Source: Escherichia coli
Lineage (GTDB): Bacteria; Pseudomonadota; Gammaproteobacteria; Enterobacterales; Enterobacteriaceae
Length of the DNA stretch: 64,000 nucleotides
Direction: 5' to 3' (one strand)
Assembly: GCF_003334385.1 (NCBI RefSeq)
Contig: NZ_QOWN01000020.1
The position numbers and the translations under genes are program-made. Each line of letters starts with the position of its first letter. Position 1 is the first letter of the stretch. Below the pieces are notes generated by a model. It was not told where the DNA came from and searched no databases. It was given only the letters and a program-made list of their open reading frames with translations. Of the stretch, positions 33,673-46,050 are shown piece by piece.

Positions 33673-34542
33673 ATGCGGACTCTGCAGGGCTGGTTGTTGC
33701 CGGTGTTTATGTTGCCTATGGCAGTATATGCACAAGAGGCAACGGTGAAAGAGGTGCATGACGCGCCAGCGGTGCGTGGCAGTATTATCGCCAATATGCT
33801 GCAGGAGCATGACAATCCGTTCACGCTCTATCCTTATGACACCAACTACCTCATTTACACCCAAACCAGCGATCTGAATAAAGAAGCGATTGCCAGTTAC
33901 GACTGGGCGGAAAATGCGCGTAAGGATGAAGTAAAGTTTCAGTTGAGCCTGGCATTTCCGCTGTGGCGTGGGATTTTAGGCCCGAACTCGGTGTTGGGTG
34001 CGTCTTATACGCAAAAATCCTGGTGGCAACTGTCCAATAGCGAAGAGTCTTCACCGTTTCGTGAAACCAACTACGAACCGCAATTGTTCCTCGGTTTTGC
34101 CACCGATTACCGTTTTGCAGGTTGGACGCTGCGCGATGTGGAGATGGGGTATAACCACGACTCTAACGGGCGTTCCGACCCGACCTCCCGCAGCTGGAAC
34201 CGCCTTTATACTCGCCTGATGGCAGAAAACGGTAACTGGCTGGTAGAAGTGAAGCCGTGGTATGTGGTGGGTAATACTGACGATAACCCGGATATCACCA
34301 AATATATGGGTTACTACCAGCTTAAAATCGGCTATCACCTCGGTGATGCGGTGCTCAGTGCGAAAGGACAGTACAACTGGAACACCGGCTACGGCGGCGC
34401 GGAGTTAGGCTTAAGTTACCCGATCACCAAACATGTGCGCCTTTATACTCAGGTTTACAGCGGCTATGGCGAATCGCTCATCGACTATAACTTCAACCAG
34501 ACCCGTGTCGGTGTGGGGGTTATGCTAAACGATTTGTTTTGA
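33673..34542 (+). CDS. pldA: outer membrane phospholipase A
   Basis: 289-aa ORF with signal peptide and beta-barrel pattern; OMPLA active-site region YNHDSNG. Confidence 0.94.
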   Translation: MRTLQGWLLPVFMLPMAVYAQEATVKEVHDAPAVRGSIIANMLQEHDNPFTLYPYDTNYLIYTQTSDLNKEAIASYDWAENARKDEVKFQLSLAFPLWRGILGPNSVLGASYTQKSWWQLSNSEESSPFRETNYEPQLFLGFATDYRFAGWTLRDVEMGYNHDSNGRSDPTSRSWNRLYTRLMAENGNWLVEVKPWYVVGNTDDNPDITKYMGYYQLKIGYHLGDAVLSAKGQYNWNTGYGGAELGLSYPITKHVRLYTQVYSGYGESLIDYNFNQTRVGVGVMLNDLF

Positions 34543-34674
34543 TGAACGGTTGAGTGGTTGGCAAATCTGGAATCCAGCATCCAGGATTACCCTCTCAGAG
34601 ACTAAAAGCATTGCAGTTTCTCGCGCAGGCGCTGAAAATAGCGCCTGTTTTTATTTCAGGCAATCGGGGTGAAT

Positions 34675-36504
34675 GTGGCGCAGGCGGAAGTGTTGAATCT
34701 GGAGTCCGGAGCTAAACAGGTTTTACAAGAAACCTTTGGCTACCAACAGTTTCGCCCCGGCCAGGAAGAAATTATCGACACTGTGCTTTCCGGCCGCGAT
34801 TGCCTCGTCGTCATGCCCACTGGTGGCGGAAAATCCCTTTGCTATCAAATCCCTGCCTTATTGCTAAACGGCCTTACCGTGGTTGTTTCACCGCTGATTT
34901 CGTTGATGAAAGATCAGGTGGATCAACTGCAAGCCAACGGCGTGGCGGCGGCGTGCCTTAACTCGACGCAAACCCGCGAACAGCAACTTGAAGTGATGAC
35001 AGGCTGCCGCACCGGGCAAATTCGTCTGCTTTATATCGCCCCGGAACGCCTGATGCTGGATAACTTTCTTGAGCATCTGGCGCACTGGAATCCGGTGTTA
35101 TTAGCCGTTGATGAAGCGCACTGTATCTCCCAATGGGGCCACGATTTCCGCCCGGAATATGCCGCGCTCGGTCAGTTGCGCCAGCGGTTCCCGACGCTGC
35201 CGTTTATGGCGCTGACCGCCACAGCCGACGACACCACGCGCCAGGATATCGTGCGCCTGCTGGGGCTGAACGATCCGCTGATTCAAATCAGCAGTTTTGA
35301 CCGTCCGAATATTCGCTACATGCTGATGGAGAAGTTCAAACCGCTCGATCAGTTGATGCGCTACGTGCAGGAACAGCGCGGTAAGTCAGGCATTATCTAC
35401 TGCAACAGCCGCGCGAAAGTAGAAGACACCGCTGCGCGCCTGCAAAGCAAGGGAATTAGCGCGGCGGCCTATCATGCCGGGCTGGAAAATAATGTTCGCG
35501 CCGATGTGCAGGAAAAATTCCAGCGCGATGACCTGCAAATTGTGGTGGCGACGGTGGCGTTCGGCATGGGCATCAATAAACCAAACGTTCGCTTCGTGGT
35601 CCACTTTGATATTCCGCGCAATATCGAATCCTATTATCAGGAAACCGGACGCGCCGGGCGTGATGGCCTGCCCGCGGAAGCGATGCTGTTTTACGATCCG
35701 GCTGATATGGCGTGGCTGCGCCGTTGTCTGGAAGAGAAGCCGCAGGGGCAGTTGCAGGATATCGAGCGCCACAAACTCAATGCGATGGGCGCGTTTGCCG
35801 AAGCGCAAACTTGCCGTCGTCTGGTATTGCTGAACTATTTTGGCGAAGGGCGTCAGGAGCCGTGCGGGAACTGCGATATCTGCCTCGATCCGCCGAAACA
35901 GTACGACGGTTCAACCGATGCTCAGATTGCCCTTTCCACCATTGGTCGTGTGAATCAGCGGTTTGGGATGGGTTATGTGGTGGAAGTGATTCGTGGTGCT
36001 AATAACCAGCGTATCCGCGACTATGGTCATGACAAACTGAAAGTCTATGGCATGGGCCGTGATAAAAGCCATGAACATTGGGTGAGCGTGATCCGCCAGC
36101 TGATTCACCTCGGCCTGGTGACGCAAAATATTGCCCAGCATTCTGCCCTACAACTGACAGAGGCCGCGCGCCCGGTGCTGCGCGGCGAATCCTCTTTGCA
36201 ACTTGCCGTGCCGCGTATCGTGGCGCTCAAACCGAAAGCGATGCAGAAATCGTTCGGCGGCAACTATGATCGCAAACTGTTCGCCAAATTACGCAAACTG
36301 CGTAAATCGATAGCCGATGAAAGTAATGTCCCGCCGTACGTGGTGTTTAACGACGCAACCTTGATTGAGATGGCTGAACAGATGCCGATCACCGCCAGCG
36401 AAATGCTCAGCGTTAACGGCGTTGGGATGCGCAAGCTGGAACGCTTTGGCAAACCGTTTATGGCGCTGATTCGTGCGCATGTTGATGGCGATGACGAAGA
36501 GTAG
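34675..36504 (+). CDS. recQ: ATP-dependent DNA helicase RecQ
   Basis: 609-aa ORF from GTG at 34675 ([14 protein letters not shown]); Walker [13 protein letters not shown] box, C-terminal HRDC region. Confidence 0.95.
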
Positions 36505-36567
36505 TCAGCAGCATAAAAAAGTGCCAGTATGAAGACTCCGTAAACGTTTCCCCCGCGAGTCAAATGT

Positions 36568-37188
36568 ATGTTGATGTTATTTCTCACCGTCGCCATGGTG
36601 CACATTGTGGCGCTTATGAGCCCCGGTCCCGATTTCTTTTTTGTCTCTCAGACCGCTGTCAGTCGTTCCCGTAAAGAAGCGATGATGGGCGTGCTGGGCA
36701 TTACCTGCGGCGTAATGGTTTGGGCTGGGATTGCGCTGCTTGGCCTGCATTTGATTATCGAAAAAATGGCCTGGCTGCATACGCTGATTATGGTGGGCGG
36801 TGGCCTGTATCTCTGCTGGATGGGTTACCAGATGCTACGCGGTGCACTGAAAAAAGAGGCGGTTTCTGCACCTGCGCCACAGGTCGAGCTGGCGAAAAGT
36901 GGGCGCAGTTTCCTGAAAGGTTTACTGACCAATCTCGCTAATCCGAAAGCGATTATCTACTTTGGCTCGGTGTTCTCATTGTTTGTCGGTGATAACGTTG
37001 GCACTACCGCGCGCTGGGGCATTTTTGCGCTGATCATTGTCGAAACGCTGGCGTGGTTTACCGTCGTTGCCAGCCTGTTTGCCCTGCCGCAAATGCGCCG
37101 TGGTTATCAACGTCTGGCGAAGTGGATTGATGGTTTTGCCGGGGCGTTATTTGCCGGATTTGGCATTCATTTGATTATTTCGCGGTGA
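36568..37188 (+). CDS. rhtC: threonine exporter (LysE/RhtB family)
   Basis: 206-aa six-TM ORF, LysE-type family. Confidence 0.92.
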   Translation: MLMLFLTVAMVHIVALMSPGPDFFFVSQTAVSRSRKEAMMGVLGITCGVMVWAGIALLGLHLIIEKMAWLHTLIMVGGGLYLCWMGYQMLRGALKKEAVSAPAPQVELAKSGRSFLKGLLTNLANPKAIIYFGSVFSLFVGDNVGTTARWGIFALIIVETLAWFTVVASLFALPQMRRGYQRLAKWIDGFAGALFAGFGIHLIISR

Positions 37189-37211
37189 TGCCAGACGCGT
37201 CTTCAGAGTAA

Positions 37212-37242
37212 GTCGGATAAGGCGTTTACGCCGCATCCGACA
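37212..37242. repeat. single REP unit between convergent rhtC and rhtB
   Basis: GTCGGATAAGGCGTTTACGCCGCATCCGACA palindromic REP. Confidence 0.8.
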
Positions 37243-37249
37243 TTATTTT

Positions 37250-37870
37250 TCACGCATGCCTCGCCGATGCTAACAGCGCTCCCACCAGCATAAACAACGA
37301 GCCGAAAATCTTATTCAGCGCCTTCATCTGCTTTGGTCCTTTAATCCATAGAGCAATCCGTTGAGCAAGGGTGGCGTAACCGATCATCACAATAATATCG
37401 ACCACAATAGTGGTGACGCCGAGCACGATATACTGCATCAGTTGCGGCTGTTGCGGCATGATGAATTGCGGAAATAGCGCCGCCAGAAACACAATACTTT
37501 TGGGATTGGTGAGATTCACAAAAACTGCGCGCTGGAACAAATGTCGACGCGATTGAGTAGAGGCCAGCGATTTAAGGTCAATTGCACCAGCGGCGCGCCA
37601 CTGCTGGATTCCCAGCCAAATCAAGTAAGCCGCGCCTGCCCACTTCAACACTTCAAACGCAATCACTGAGCGGGAAAATAGCGTCCCCAACCCCACGCCA
37701 ACCAGCACAATATGAATCGCCAGTCCGGTCTGAAGCCCAGCAATAGACGCCACCGCGCCGCGATAACCGTGGTTGAGCGAGGTGGTCATAGTGTTGATTG
37801 CACCAGAGCCTGGCGACAGGCTTAAAATGATCGATGTCAGCAGGTAGGCAAACCACCATTCTAAGGTCAT
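37250..37870 (-). CDS. rhtB: homoserine/homoserine lactone exporter (LysE/RhtB family)
   Basis: 206-aa six-TM ORF, paralog of rhtC. Confidence 0.92.
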
Positions 37871-37980
37871 GATGAACTCCCGGTGTGTCTATTTTTGTGC
37901 CACAATACGCTACTGTCGCAGCGTTGTGTCAGGCACGCTAAAAAAAACGATTTTACGTGGTTTAAGAGGCAGATTACCCG

Positions 37981-39003
37981 ATGTTTCAGCAGCAAAAAGA
38001 CTGGGAAACAAGAGAAAACGCGTTTGCTGCTTTTACCATGGGACCGCTGACTGATTTCTGGCGTCAGCGTGATGAAGCAGAGTTTACTGGTGTGGATGAC
38101 ATTCCGGTGCGCTTTGTCCGTTTTCGCGCACAGCACCATGACCGGGTGGTAGTCATCTGCCCGGGGCGTATTGAGAGCTACGTAAAATATGCGGAACTGG
38201 CCTATGACCTGTTCCATTTGGGGTTTGATGTCTTAATCATCGACCATCGCGGGCAGGGACGTTCCGGTCGCCTGTTAGCCGATCCGCATCTCGGGCATGT
38301 TAATCGCTTTAATGATTATGTTGATGATCTGGCGGCATTCTGGCAGCAGGAGGTTCAGCCCGGTCCGTGGCGTAAACGCTATATACTGGCACATTCGATG
38401 GGCGGTGCGATCTCCACATTATTTCTGCAACGCCATCCAGGTGTATGTGACGCCATTGCGCTAACTGCGCCAATGTTTGGGATCGTGATTCGTATGCCGT
38501 CATTTATGGCACGGCAGATCCTCAACTGGGCCGAAGCGCATCCACGTTTCCGTGATGGCTATGCAATAGGCACCGGGCGCTGGCGCGCGTTGCCGTTTGC
38601 TATCAACGTACTGACCCACAGCAGACAGCGATATCGACGTAACTTACGCTTCTATGCTGATGACCCAACGATTCGCGTCGGTGGGCCGACCTACCATTGG
38701 GTACGCGAAAGTATTCTGGCTGGCGAACAGGTGTTAGCCGGTGCGGGTGATGACGCCACGCCAACGCTTCTCTTGCAGGCTGAAGAGGAACGCGTGGTGG
38801 ATAACCGCATGCATGACCGTTTTTGTGAACTCCGCACCGCCGCGGGCCATCCTGTCGAAGGAGGACGGCCGTTGGTAATTAAAGGTGCTTACCATGAGAT
38901 CCTTTTTGAAAAGGACGCAATGCGCTCAGTCGCGCTCCACGCCATCGTTGATTTTTTCAACAGGCATAACTCACCCAGCGGAAACCGCTCTACAGAGGTT
39001 TAA
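37981..39003 (+). CDS. pldB: lysophospholipase L2 (alpha/beta hydrolase)
   Basis: 340-aa ORF; nucleophile elbow GHSMGG; synteny. Confidence 0.93.
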   Translation: MFQQQKDWETRENAFAAFTMGPLTDFWRQRDEAEFTGVDDIPVRFVRFRAQHHDRVVVICPGRIESYVKYAELAYDLFHLGFDVLIIDHRGQGRSGRLLADPHLGHVNRFNDYVDDLAAFWQQEVQPGPWRKRYILAHSMGGAISTLFLQRHPGVCDAIALTAPMFGIVIRMPSFMARQILNWAEAHPRFRDGYAIGTGRWRALPFAINVLTHSRQRYRRNLRFYADDPTIRVGGPTYHWVRESILAGEQVLAGAGDDATPTLLLQAEEERVVDNRMHDRFCELRTAAGHPVEGGRPLVIKGAYHEILFEKDAMRSVALHAIVDFFNRHNSPSGNRSTEV

Positions 39004-39010
39004 ATTTCTT

Positions 39011-39811
39011 ATGTACCAGGTTGTTGCGTCTGATTTAGATGGCACGTTACTTTCTCCCGACCATACGTTATCCCCTTACGCCAAAGAAACTCTGAAGCTG
39101 CTCACCGCGCGCGGCATCAACTTTGTGTTTGCGACCGGTCGTCACCACGTTGATGTGGGGCAAATTCGCGATAATCTGGAGATTAAGTCTTACATGATTA
39201 CCTCCAATGGTGCGCGCGTTCACGATCTGGATGGTAATCTGATTTTTGCTCATAACCTGGATCGCGACATTGCCAGCGATCTGTTTGGCGTAGTCAACGA
39301 CAATCCGGACATCATTACTAACGTTTATCGCGACGACGAATGGTTTATGAATCGCCATCGCCCGGAAGAGATGCGCTTTTTTAAAGAAGCGGTGTTCCAA
39401 TATGCGCTGTATGAGCCTGGATTACTGGAGCCGGAAGGCGTCAGCAAAGTGTTCTTCACCTGCGATTCCCATGAACAACTGCTGCCGCTGGAGCAGGCGA
39501 TTAACGCTCGTTGGGGCGATCGCGTCAACGTCAGTTTCTCTACCTTAACCTGTCTGGAAGTGATGGCGGGCGGCGTTTCAAAAGGCCATGCGCTGGAAGC
39601 GGTGGCGAAGAAACTGGGCTACAGCCTGAAGGATTGTATTGCGTTTGGTGACGGGATGAACGACGCCGAAATGCTGTCGATGGCGGGGAAAGGCTGCATT
39701 ATGGGCAGTGCGCACCAGCGTCTGAAAGACCTTCATCCCGAGCTGGAAGTGATTGGTACTAATGCCGACGACGCGGTGCCGCATTATCTGCGTAAACTCT
39801 ATTTATCGTAA
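39011..39811 (+). CDS. yigL: HAD-family sugar phosphatase (Cof-like)
   Basis: 266-aa ORF from ATG 39011 (MYQVVASDLDGTLL, HAD motif I DxDGT); the ORF-track N-terminal extension overlaps pldB. Confidence 0.9.
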   Translation: MYQVVASDLDGTLLSPDHTLSPYAKETLKLLTARGINFVFATGRHHVDVGQIRDNLEIKSYMITSNGARVHDLDGNLIFAHNLDRDIASDLFGVVNDNPDIITNVYRDDEWFMNRHRPEEMRFFKEAVFQYALYEPGLLEPEGVSKVFFTCDSHEQLLPLEQAINARWGDRVNVSFSTLTCLEVMAGGVSKGHALEAVAKKLGYSLKDCIAFGDGMNDAEMLSMAGKGCIMGSAHQRLKDLHPELEVIGTNADDAVPHYLRKLYLS

Positions 39812-39886
39812 TCGTTCTTTATTTGGTCAGTTGTCAACCTGATACTTCGCTACAATGGATACCCGTTAATCAAAGAGTTTTCCATT

Positions 39887-40786
39887 GTGGCGCTACTTAT
39901 CATCACCACGATTCTGTGGGCCTTCTCCTTTAGCTTTTATGGCGAGTACCTTGCGGGGCACGTCGATAGCTATTTTGCGGTGCTGGTGCGCGTTGGCCTG
40001 GCGGCACTCGTTTTTCTGCCGTTTCTGCGTACCCGTGGCAATAGCCTGAAAACGGTCGGCCTGTATATGCTGGTGGGCGCGATGCAGCTTGGCGTGATGT
40101 ATATGCTGAGTTTCCGCGCTTATCTCTACCTGACGGTTTCCGAGCTGCTGCTGTTCACCGTGCTGACGCCGCTCTACATCACGCTGATTTATGACATCAT
40201 GAGTAAGCTCCGTCTGCGCTGGGGCTATGCCTTTAGCGCCTTGCTGGCGGTGATTGGTGCCGGGATTATTCGCTATGATCAGGTCACCGACCATTTCTGG
40301 ACTGGCTTGCTGCTGGTGCAACTCTCCAATATCACTTTTGCCATTGGCATGGTGGGTTACAAACGCCTGATGGAAACTCGCCCGATGCCACAGCATAACG
40401 CCTTTGCGTGGTTCTATCTTGGCGCGTTTCTGGTGGCAGTGATTGCATGGTTCTTGCTGGGAAATGCGCAGAAAATGCCGCAAACCACGCTGCAATGGGG
40501 CATTCTGGTGTTTCTTGGCGTGGTGGCTTCCGGGATTGGCTACTTTATGTGGAACTACGGCGCGACGCAGGTGGACGCCGGAACGCTGGGCATTATGAAT
40601 AATATGCACGTTCCGGCAGGGCTGCTGGTAAACCTGGCTATCTGGCACCAACAGCCGCACTGGCCAACGTTTATTACAGGCGCGCTGGTGATCCTGGCCT
40701 CACTGTGGGTGCATCGTAAGTGGGTCGCTCCGCGCTCTTCACAAACGGCAGATGATCGCAGGCGTGATTGCGCGCTGAGCGAATAA
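39887..40786 (+). CDS. bioP: EamA/DMT-family transporter (biotin uptake)
   Basis: 299-aa polytopic ORF (yigM); 3' end overlaps convergent metR. Confidence 0.85.
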
Positions 40787-41627
40787 ACGCTTCCGTAACT
40801 GGCTGACGCTGCTCGCCATCGCGCACGGCGGCGTACAGTCGGCTCCACAAGCCTTCGCCCAGGGTTTTGGTCACCACCAGACCCTGGCGCTCAAAACTCT
40901 CTACTACCCAATGCGGTAGCGCGGCAATACCCATCCGCGCGGCAACCATCTGAATCAACAATAAGGTGTTATCGACGCTTTTCAGTGACGGGCTGACGCC
41001 TGCCGGCTGAAGAAAATGCCGCCAGACATCCAGTCGACTACGCTGCACCGGATAAATTAATAGCGTCTCGCTGGCGAGATCTTCCGGTGTAATTCGCGTT
41101 TTCGCCGCCAGTGGATGGTCAGGTGCTAACACCAGACGCACTTCATAGTCGAACATCGGCGAATAATGCAGGCCACTGCGCGGCAGAATATCGGACGTCA
41201 TTACCAGATCCAGCTCTCCCTGTTGCAAGGCGGGCTGCGGGTCAAATGTCACGCCCGATTTAAAATCCATCTCTACCTGCGGCCAGTTCTTATGGAAATT
41301 TTCTAACGCGGGTGTCAGCCACTGAATACAGCTATGGCACTCAATGGCAATGCGCAGACGCGTCTGCTGCGGTTCATTGCAGGCTTGCAGGGCCTGGCTA
41401 ATTTGCGGCAGTACCTGGTTTGCCAGTTGCAACAGGATTTCTCCCTGCGGTGTAAAGCGTAGCGGCTGGCTCTTACGCACAAATAGCCGGAAGCCAAGGC
41501 GTTGTTCCAGATCGCTAAACTGGTGAGACAGGGCGGATTGCGTCTGATGCAACGTCGCCGCAGCGGCTGCGAGCGAGCCGCAGTTCCGCAACGCTTGTAG
41601 CGTTTTCAGGTGTTTTACTTCGATCAT
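40674..41627 (-). CDS. metR: LysR-type transcriptional activator MetR
   Basis: 317-aa ORF; N-terminal [40 protein letters not shown]; divergent from metE. Confidence 0.95.
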
Positions 41628-41863
41628 GAAAGTCCTTCACTTCGGCATGAATAATTTGCGCTTGAGGAATATACAGTAACCGCCAATTATGGATGTGTAA
41701 ACATCTGGACGGCTAAAATCCTTCGTCTTTTAAATTTATGGTGCGTTGGCTGCGTTTCTCCACCCCGGTCACTTACTTCAGTAAGCTCCCGGGGATGAAT
41801 AAACTTGCCGCCTTCCCTAAATTCAAAATCCATAGGATTTACATATAATTAGAGGAAGAAAAA
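41628..41863. promoter_or_regulatory. divergent metR/metE control region
   Basis: 236-bp intergenic region between divergent metR and metE; expected to hold both promoters and MetR/MetJ sites, but individual sites were not confidently resolved by eye. Confidence 0.5.
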
Positions 41864-44125
41864 ATGACAATATTGAATCACACCCTCGGTTTCCCTCGCG
41901 TTGGCCTGCGTCGCGAGCTGAAAAAAGCGCAAGAAAGTTATTGGGCGGGGAACTCCACGCGTGAAGAACTGCTGGCGGTAGGGCGTGAATTGCGTGCTCG
42001 TCACTGGGATCAACAAAAGCAAGCGGGTATCGACCTGCTGCCGGTGGGCGATTTTGCCTGGTACGATCATGTACTGACCACCAGTCTGCTGCTGGGTAAC
42101 GTTCCGGCGCGTCATCAGAACAAAGATGGTTCGGTAGATATCGACACCCTGTTCCGTATTGGTCGTGGACGTGCGCCGACTGGCGAACCTGCGGCGGCAG
42201 CGGAAATGACCAAATGGTTTAACACCAACTATCACTACATGGTGCCGGAGTTCGTTAAAGGCCAACAGTTCAAACTGACCTGGACGCAGCTGCTGGACGA
42301 AGTGGACGAGGCGCTGGCGCTGGGCCACAAGGTGAAACCTGTGCTGCTGGGGCCGGTTACCTGGCTGTGGCTGGGGAAAGTGAAAGGTGAACAATTTGAC
42401 CGCCTGAGCCTGCTGAACGACATTCTGCCGGTTTATCAGCAAGTGCTGGCAGAACTGGCGAAACGCGGCATCGAGTGGGTACAGATTGATGAACCCGCGC
42501 TGGTACTGGAACTACCACAGGCGTGGCTGGACGCATACAAACCCGCTTACGACGCGCTCCAGGGACAGGTGAAACTGCTGCTGACCACCTATTTTGAAGG
42601 CGTAACGCCAAATCTCGACACGATTACTGCGCTGCCTGTTCAGGGTCTGCATGTTGACCTCGTACATGGTAAAGATGACGTTGCTGAACTGCACAAGCGC
42701 CTGCCTTCTGACTGGTTGCTGTCTGCGGGTCTGATCAATGGTCGTAACGTCTGGCGCGCCGATCTTACCGAGAAATATGCGCAAATTAAGGACATTGTCG
42801 GCAAACGTGATTTGTGGGTGGCATCTTCCTGCTCGTTGCTGCACAGCCCCATCGACCTGAGCGTGGAAACGCGTCTTGATGCAGAAGTGAAAAGCTGGTT
42901 TGCCTTCGCCCTACAAAAATGCCATGAACTGGCACTGCTGCGCGATGCGCTGAACAGTGGTGACACGGCAGCTCTGGCAGAGTGGAGCGCCCCGATTCAG
43001 GCACGTCGTCACTCTACCCGCGTACATAATCCGGCGGTAGAAAAGCGTCTGGCGGCGATCACCGCCCAGGACAGCCAGCGTGCGAATGTCTATGAAGTGC
43101 GTGCTGAAGCCCAGCGTGCGCGTTTTAAACTGCCAGCGTGGCCGACCACCACGATTGGTTCCTTCCCGCAAACCACGGAAATTCGTACCCTGCGTCTGGA
43201 TTTCAAAAAGGGCAATCTCGACGCCAACAACTACCGCACGGGCATTGCGGAACATATCAAGCAGGCCATTGTTGAGCAGGAACGTTTGGGACTGGATGTG
43301 CTGGTACATGGCGAGGCCGAGCGTAATGACATGGTGGAATACTTTGGCGAGCACCTCGACGGATTTGTCTTTACGCAAAACGGTTGGGTACAGAGCTACG
43401 GTTCCCGCTGCGTGAAGCCACCGATTGTCATTGGTGACATTAGCCGCCCGGCACCGATTACCGTGGAGTGGGCGAAGTATGCGCAATCGCTGACCGACAA
43501 ACCGGTGAAAGGGATGCTGACGGGGCCGGTGACCATACTCTGCTGGTCGTTCCCGCGTGAAGATGTCAGCCGTGAAACCATCGCCAAACAGATTGCGCTG
43601 GCGCTGCGTGATGAAGTGGCCGATCTGGAAGCCGCTGGAATTGGCATCATCCAGATTGACGAACCGGCGCTGCGCGAAGGTTTACCGCTGCGTCGTAGCG
43701 ACTGGGATGCGTATCTCCAGTGGGGCGTAGAGGCCTTCCGTATCAACGCCGCCGTGGCGAAAGATGACACACAAATCCACACTCACATGTGTTATTGCGA
43801 GTTCAACGACATCATGGATTCGATTGCGGCGCTGGACGCAGACGTCATCACCATCGAAACCTCGCGTTCCGACATGGAGTTGCTGGAGTCGTTTGAAGAG
43901 TTTGATTATCCAAATGAAATCGGTCCTGGCGTCTATGACATTCACTCGCCAAACGTACCGAGCGTGGAATGGATTGAAGCCTTGCTGAAGAAAGCGGCAA
44001 AACGCATTCCGGCAGAGCGCCTGTGGGTCAACCCGGACTGTGGCCTGAAAACGCGCGGCTGGCCAGAAACCCGCGCGGCACTGGCGAACATGGTGCAGGC
44101 GGCGCAGAATTTGCGTCGGGGGTAA
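41864..44125 (+). CDS. metE: cobalamin-independent methionine synthase
   Basis: 753-aa [30 protein letters not shown]; MetE duplicated-barrel family. Confidence 0.96.
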
Positions 44126-44132
44126 AATCCAA

Positions 44133-44160
44133 ACCGGGTGGTAATACCACCCGGTCTTTT
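44133..44160. terminator. rho-independent terminator after metE (possibly bidirectional with ysgA)
   Basis: ACCGGGTGGTA-ATA-CCACCCGGT hairpin followed by CTTTTCT; A-run on upstream side. Confidence 0.8.
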
Positions 44161-44164
44161 CTCA

Positions 44165-44980
44165 TTACAGCGACTTCTTCCCACCATACTGCTTAAACCA
44201 TTCCAGCATACGCTGCCAGCCATCTTTCGCAGATGCGGCATGATAGCTCGGGCGATAATCAGCATTGAATGCATGCCCGGCATCCGGGTACACGATAATC
44301 TCTGCTTTCGCATTAGCAGCCCGCAGCGCCTGGCGCATGGTTTCAACGCTCTCCTGCGGAATACTGTTATCCAGACCGCCATATAAGCCGAGAACCGGCG
44401 CGTTAAGATCGGTTGCGATATCAACAGGTTGTTTCGGTGAATTCAGCGACTTGTCGCCCGTCAGTTTGCCGTACCACGCCACTGCGGCTTTTAGCTGTGG
44501 ATTATGCGCGGCATACAGCCAGGTGATACGTCCACCCCAGCAGAATCCGGTGATCATTAAACGATGAACATCGCCGCCGTTGCGGGAAGCCCAACTGGCG
44601 ACATGATCGAGATCGGCCAGCACCTGCGAGTCAGGCACTTTTGCTACCAGACCGCTAAGCAACGTGGGGATATCGGCAAAATCATTCGGATCGCCTTCGC
44701 GGAAGTAAAGTTCAGGTGCGATAGCCAGATACCCCTCCAGCGCCAGACGGCGACAAATGTCGCGGATATGTTCATGCACGCCAAAAATTTCCTGCACTAC
44801 AATGACCACTGGCAGTGGGCCATCGCTTTGCTTTGGTCTGGCATGGTAAGCAGGCATGTTATCCCCTTGTGAAGGGATAGAGGTGAAGCCCGCCACAATC
44901 GCGTCGTCCGGGGTCTGAACGATGGTCGAAGCGAGAGGCGATGCAGCAGGTGCAAATCCAGATTGTTGTGTTGTTGCCAT
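44165..44980 (-). CDS. ysgA: dienelactone hydrolase-family protein
   Basis: ORF trimmed to [10 protein letters not shown] start (271 aa); alpha/beta hydrolase, DLH family. Confidence 0.85.
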   Translation of the reverse strand: MATTQQSGFAPAASPLASTIVQTPDDAIVAGFTSIPSQGDNMPAYHARPKQSDGPLPVVIVVQEIFGVHEHIRDICRRLALEGYLAIAPELYFREGDPNDFADIPTLLSGLVAKVPDSQVLADLDHVASWASRNGGDVHRLMITGFCWGGRITWLYAAHNPQLKAAVAWYGKLTGDKSLNSPKQPVDIATDLNAPVLGLYGGLDNSIPQESVETMRQALRAANAKAEIIVYPDAGHAFNADYRPSYHAASAKDGWQRMLEWFKQYGGKKSL

Positions 44981-45241
44981 GGTATTCTCCGTACCCTTAT
45001 AAAAATGTTGCGCAATGTTAACTATAGTCAGCATGCAACAAATCACATTGCCTGAATCGGCTCATCTTTTATGCAGTCCTGCAGAATGAAGAGTGATTTA
45101 TGTGATTTGAATCACTTTTGGTGGGTAAATTTATGCAACGCATTTGCGTCATGGTGATGAGTATCACGAAAAAATGTTAAACCCTTCGGTAAAGTGTCTT
45201 TTTGCTTCTTCTGACTAAACCGATTCACAGAGGAGTTGTAT

Positions 45242-46003
45242 ATGTCCAAGTCTGATGTTTTTCATCTCGGCCTCACTAAAAACGATTTACAAGGGGCTAC
45301 GCTTGCCATCGTCCCTGGCGACCCGGATCGTGTGGAAAAGATCGCCGCGCTGATGGATAAGCCGGTTAAGCTGGCATCTCACCGCGAATTCACCACCTGG
45401 CGTGCAGAGCTGGATGGTAAACCTGTTATCGTCTGCTCTACCGGTATCGGCGGCCCGTCTACCTCTATTGCTGTTGAAGAGCTGGCACAGCTGGGCATTC
45501 GCACCTTCCTGCGTATCGGTACAACGGGCGCTATTCAGCCGCATATTAATGTGGGTGATGTCCTGGTTACCACGGCGTCTGTCCGTCTGGATGGCGCGAG
45601 CCTGCACTTCGCACCGCTGGAATTCCCGGCTGTCGCTGATTTCGAATGTACGACTGCGCTGGTTGAAGCTGCGAAATCCATTGGCGCGACAACTCACGTT
45701 GGCGTGACAGCTTCTTCTGATACCTTCTACCCAGGTCAGGAACGTTACGATACTTACTCTGGTCGCGTAGTTCGTCACTTTAAAGGTTCTATGGAAGAGT
45801 GGCAGGCGATGGGCGTAATGAACTATGAAATGGAATCTGCAACCCTGCTGACCATGTGTGCAAGTCAGGGCCTGCGTGCCGGTATGGTAGCGGGTGTTAT
45901 CGTTAACCGCACCCAGCAAGAGATCCCGAATGCTGAGACGATGAAACAAACTGAAAGCCAAGCGGTGAAAATCGTGGTGGAAGCGGCGCGTCGTCTGCTG
46001 TAA
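45242..46003 (+). CDS. udp: uridine phosphorylase
   Basis: 253-aa ORF from [10 protein letters not shown]; PNP/UDP family. Confidence 0.95.
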   Translation: MSKSDVFHLGLTKNDLQGATLAIVPGDPDRVEKIAALMDKPVKLASHREFTTWRAELDGKPVIVCSTGIGGPSTSIAVEELAQLGIRTFLRIGTTGAIQPHINVGDVLVTTASVRLDGASLHFAPLEFPAVADFECTTALVEAAKSIGATTHVGVTASSDTFYPGQERYDTYSGRVVRHFKGSMEEWQAMGVMNYEMESATLLTMCASQGLRAGMVAGVIVNRTQQEIPNAETMKQTESQAVKIVVEAARRLL

Positions 46004-46020
46004 TTCTCTTCTCCTGTCTG

Positions 46021-46050
46021 AAGGCCGACGCGTTCGGCCTTTTGTATTTT
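46021..46050 (+). terminator. rho-independent terminator after udp
   Basis: AAGGCCGA-CGCG-TTCGGCCTT hairpin followed by TTGTATTTTT. Confidence 0.85.

Noticed and set aside
41628-41863. Specific MetJ-box and MetR-site coordinates in the metR-metE intergenic region
   Set aside because: I could not find unambiguous AGACGTCT repeats or a clean TGAA-N5-TTCA by eye; reported only as a generic divergent control region rather than inventing site positions.
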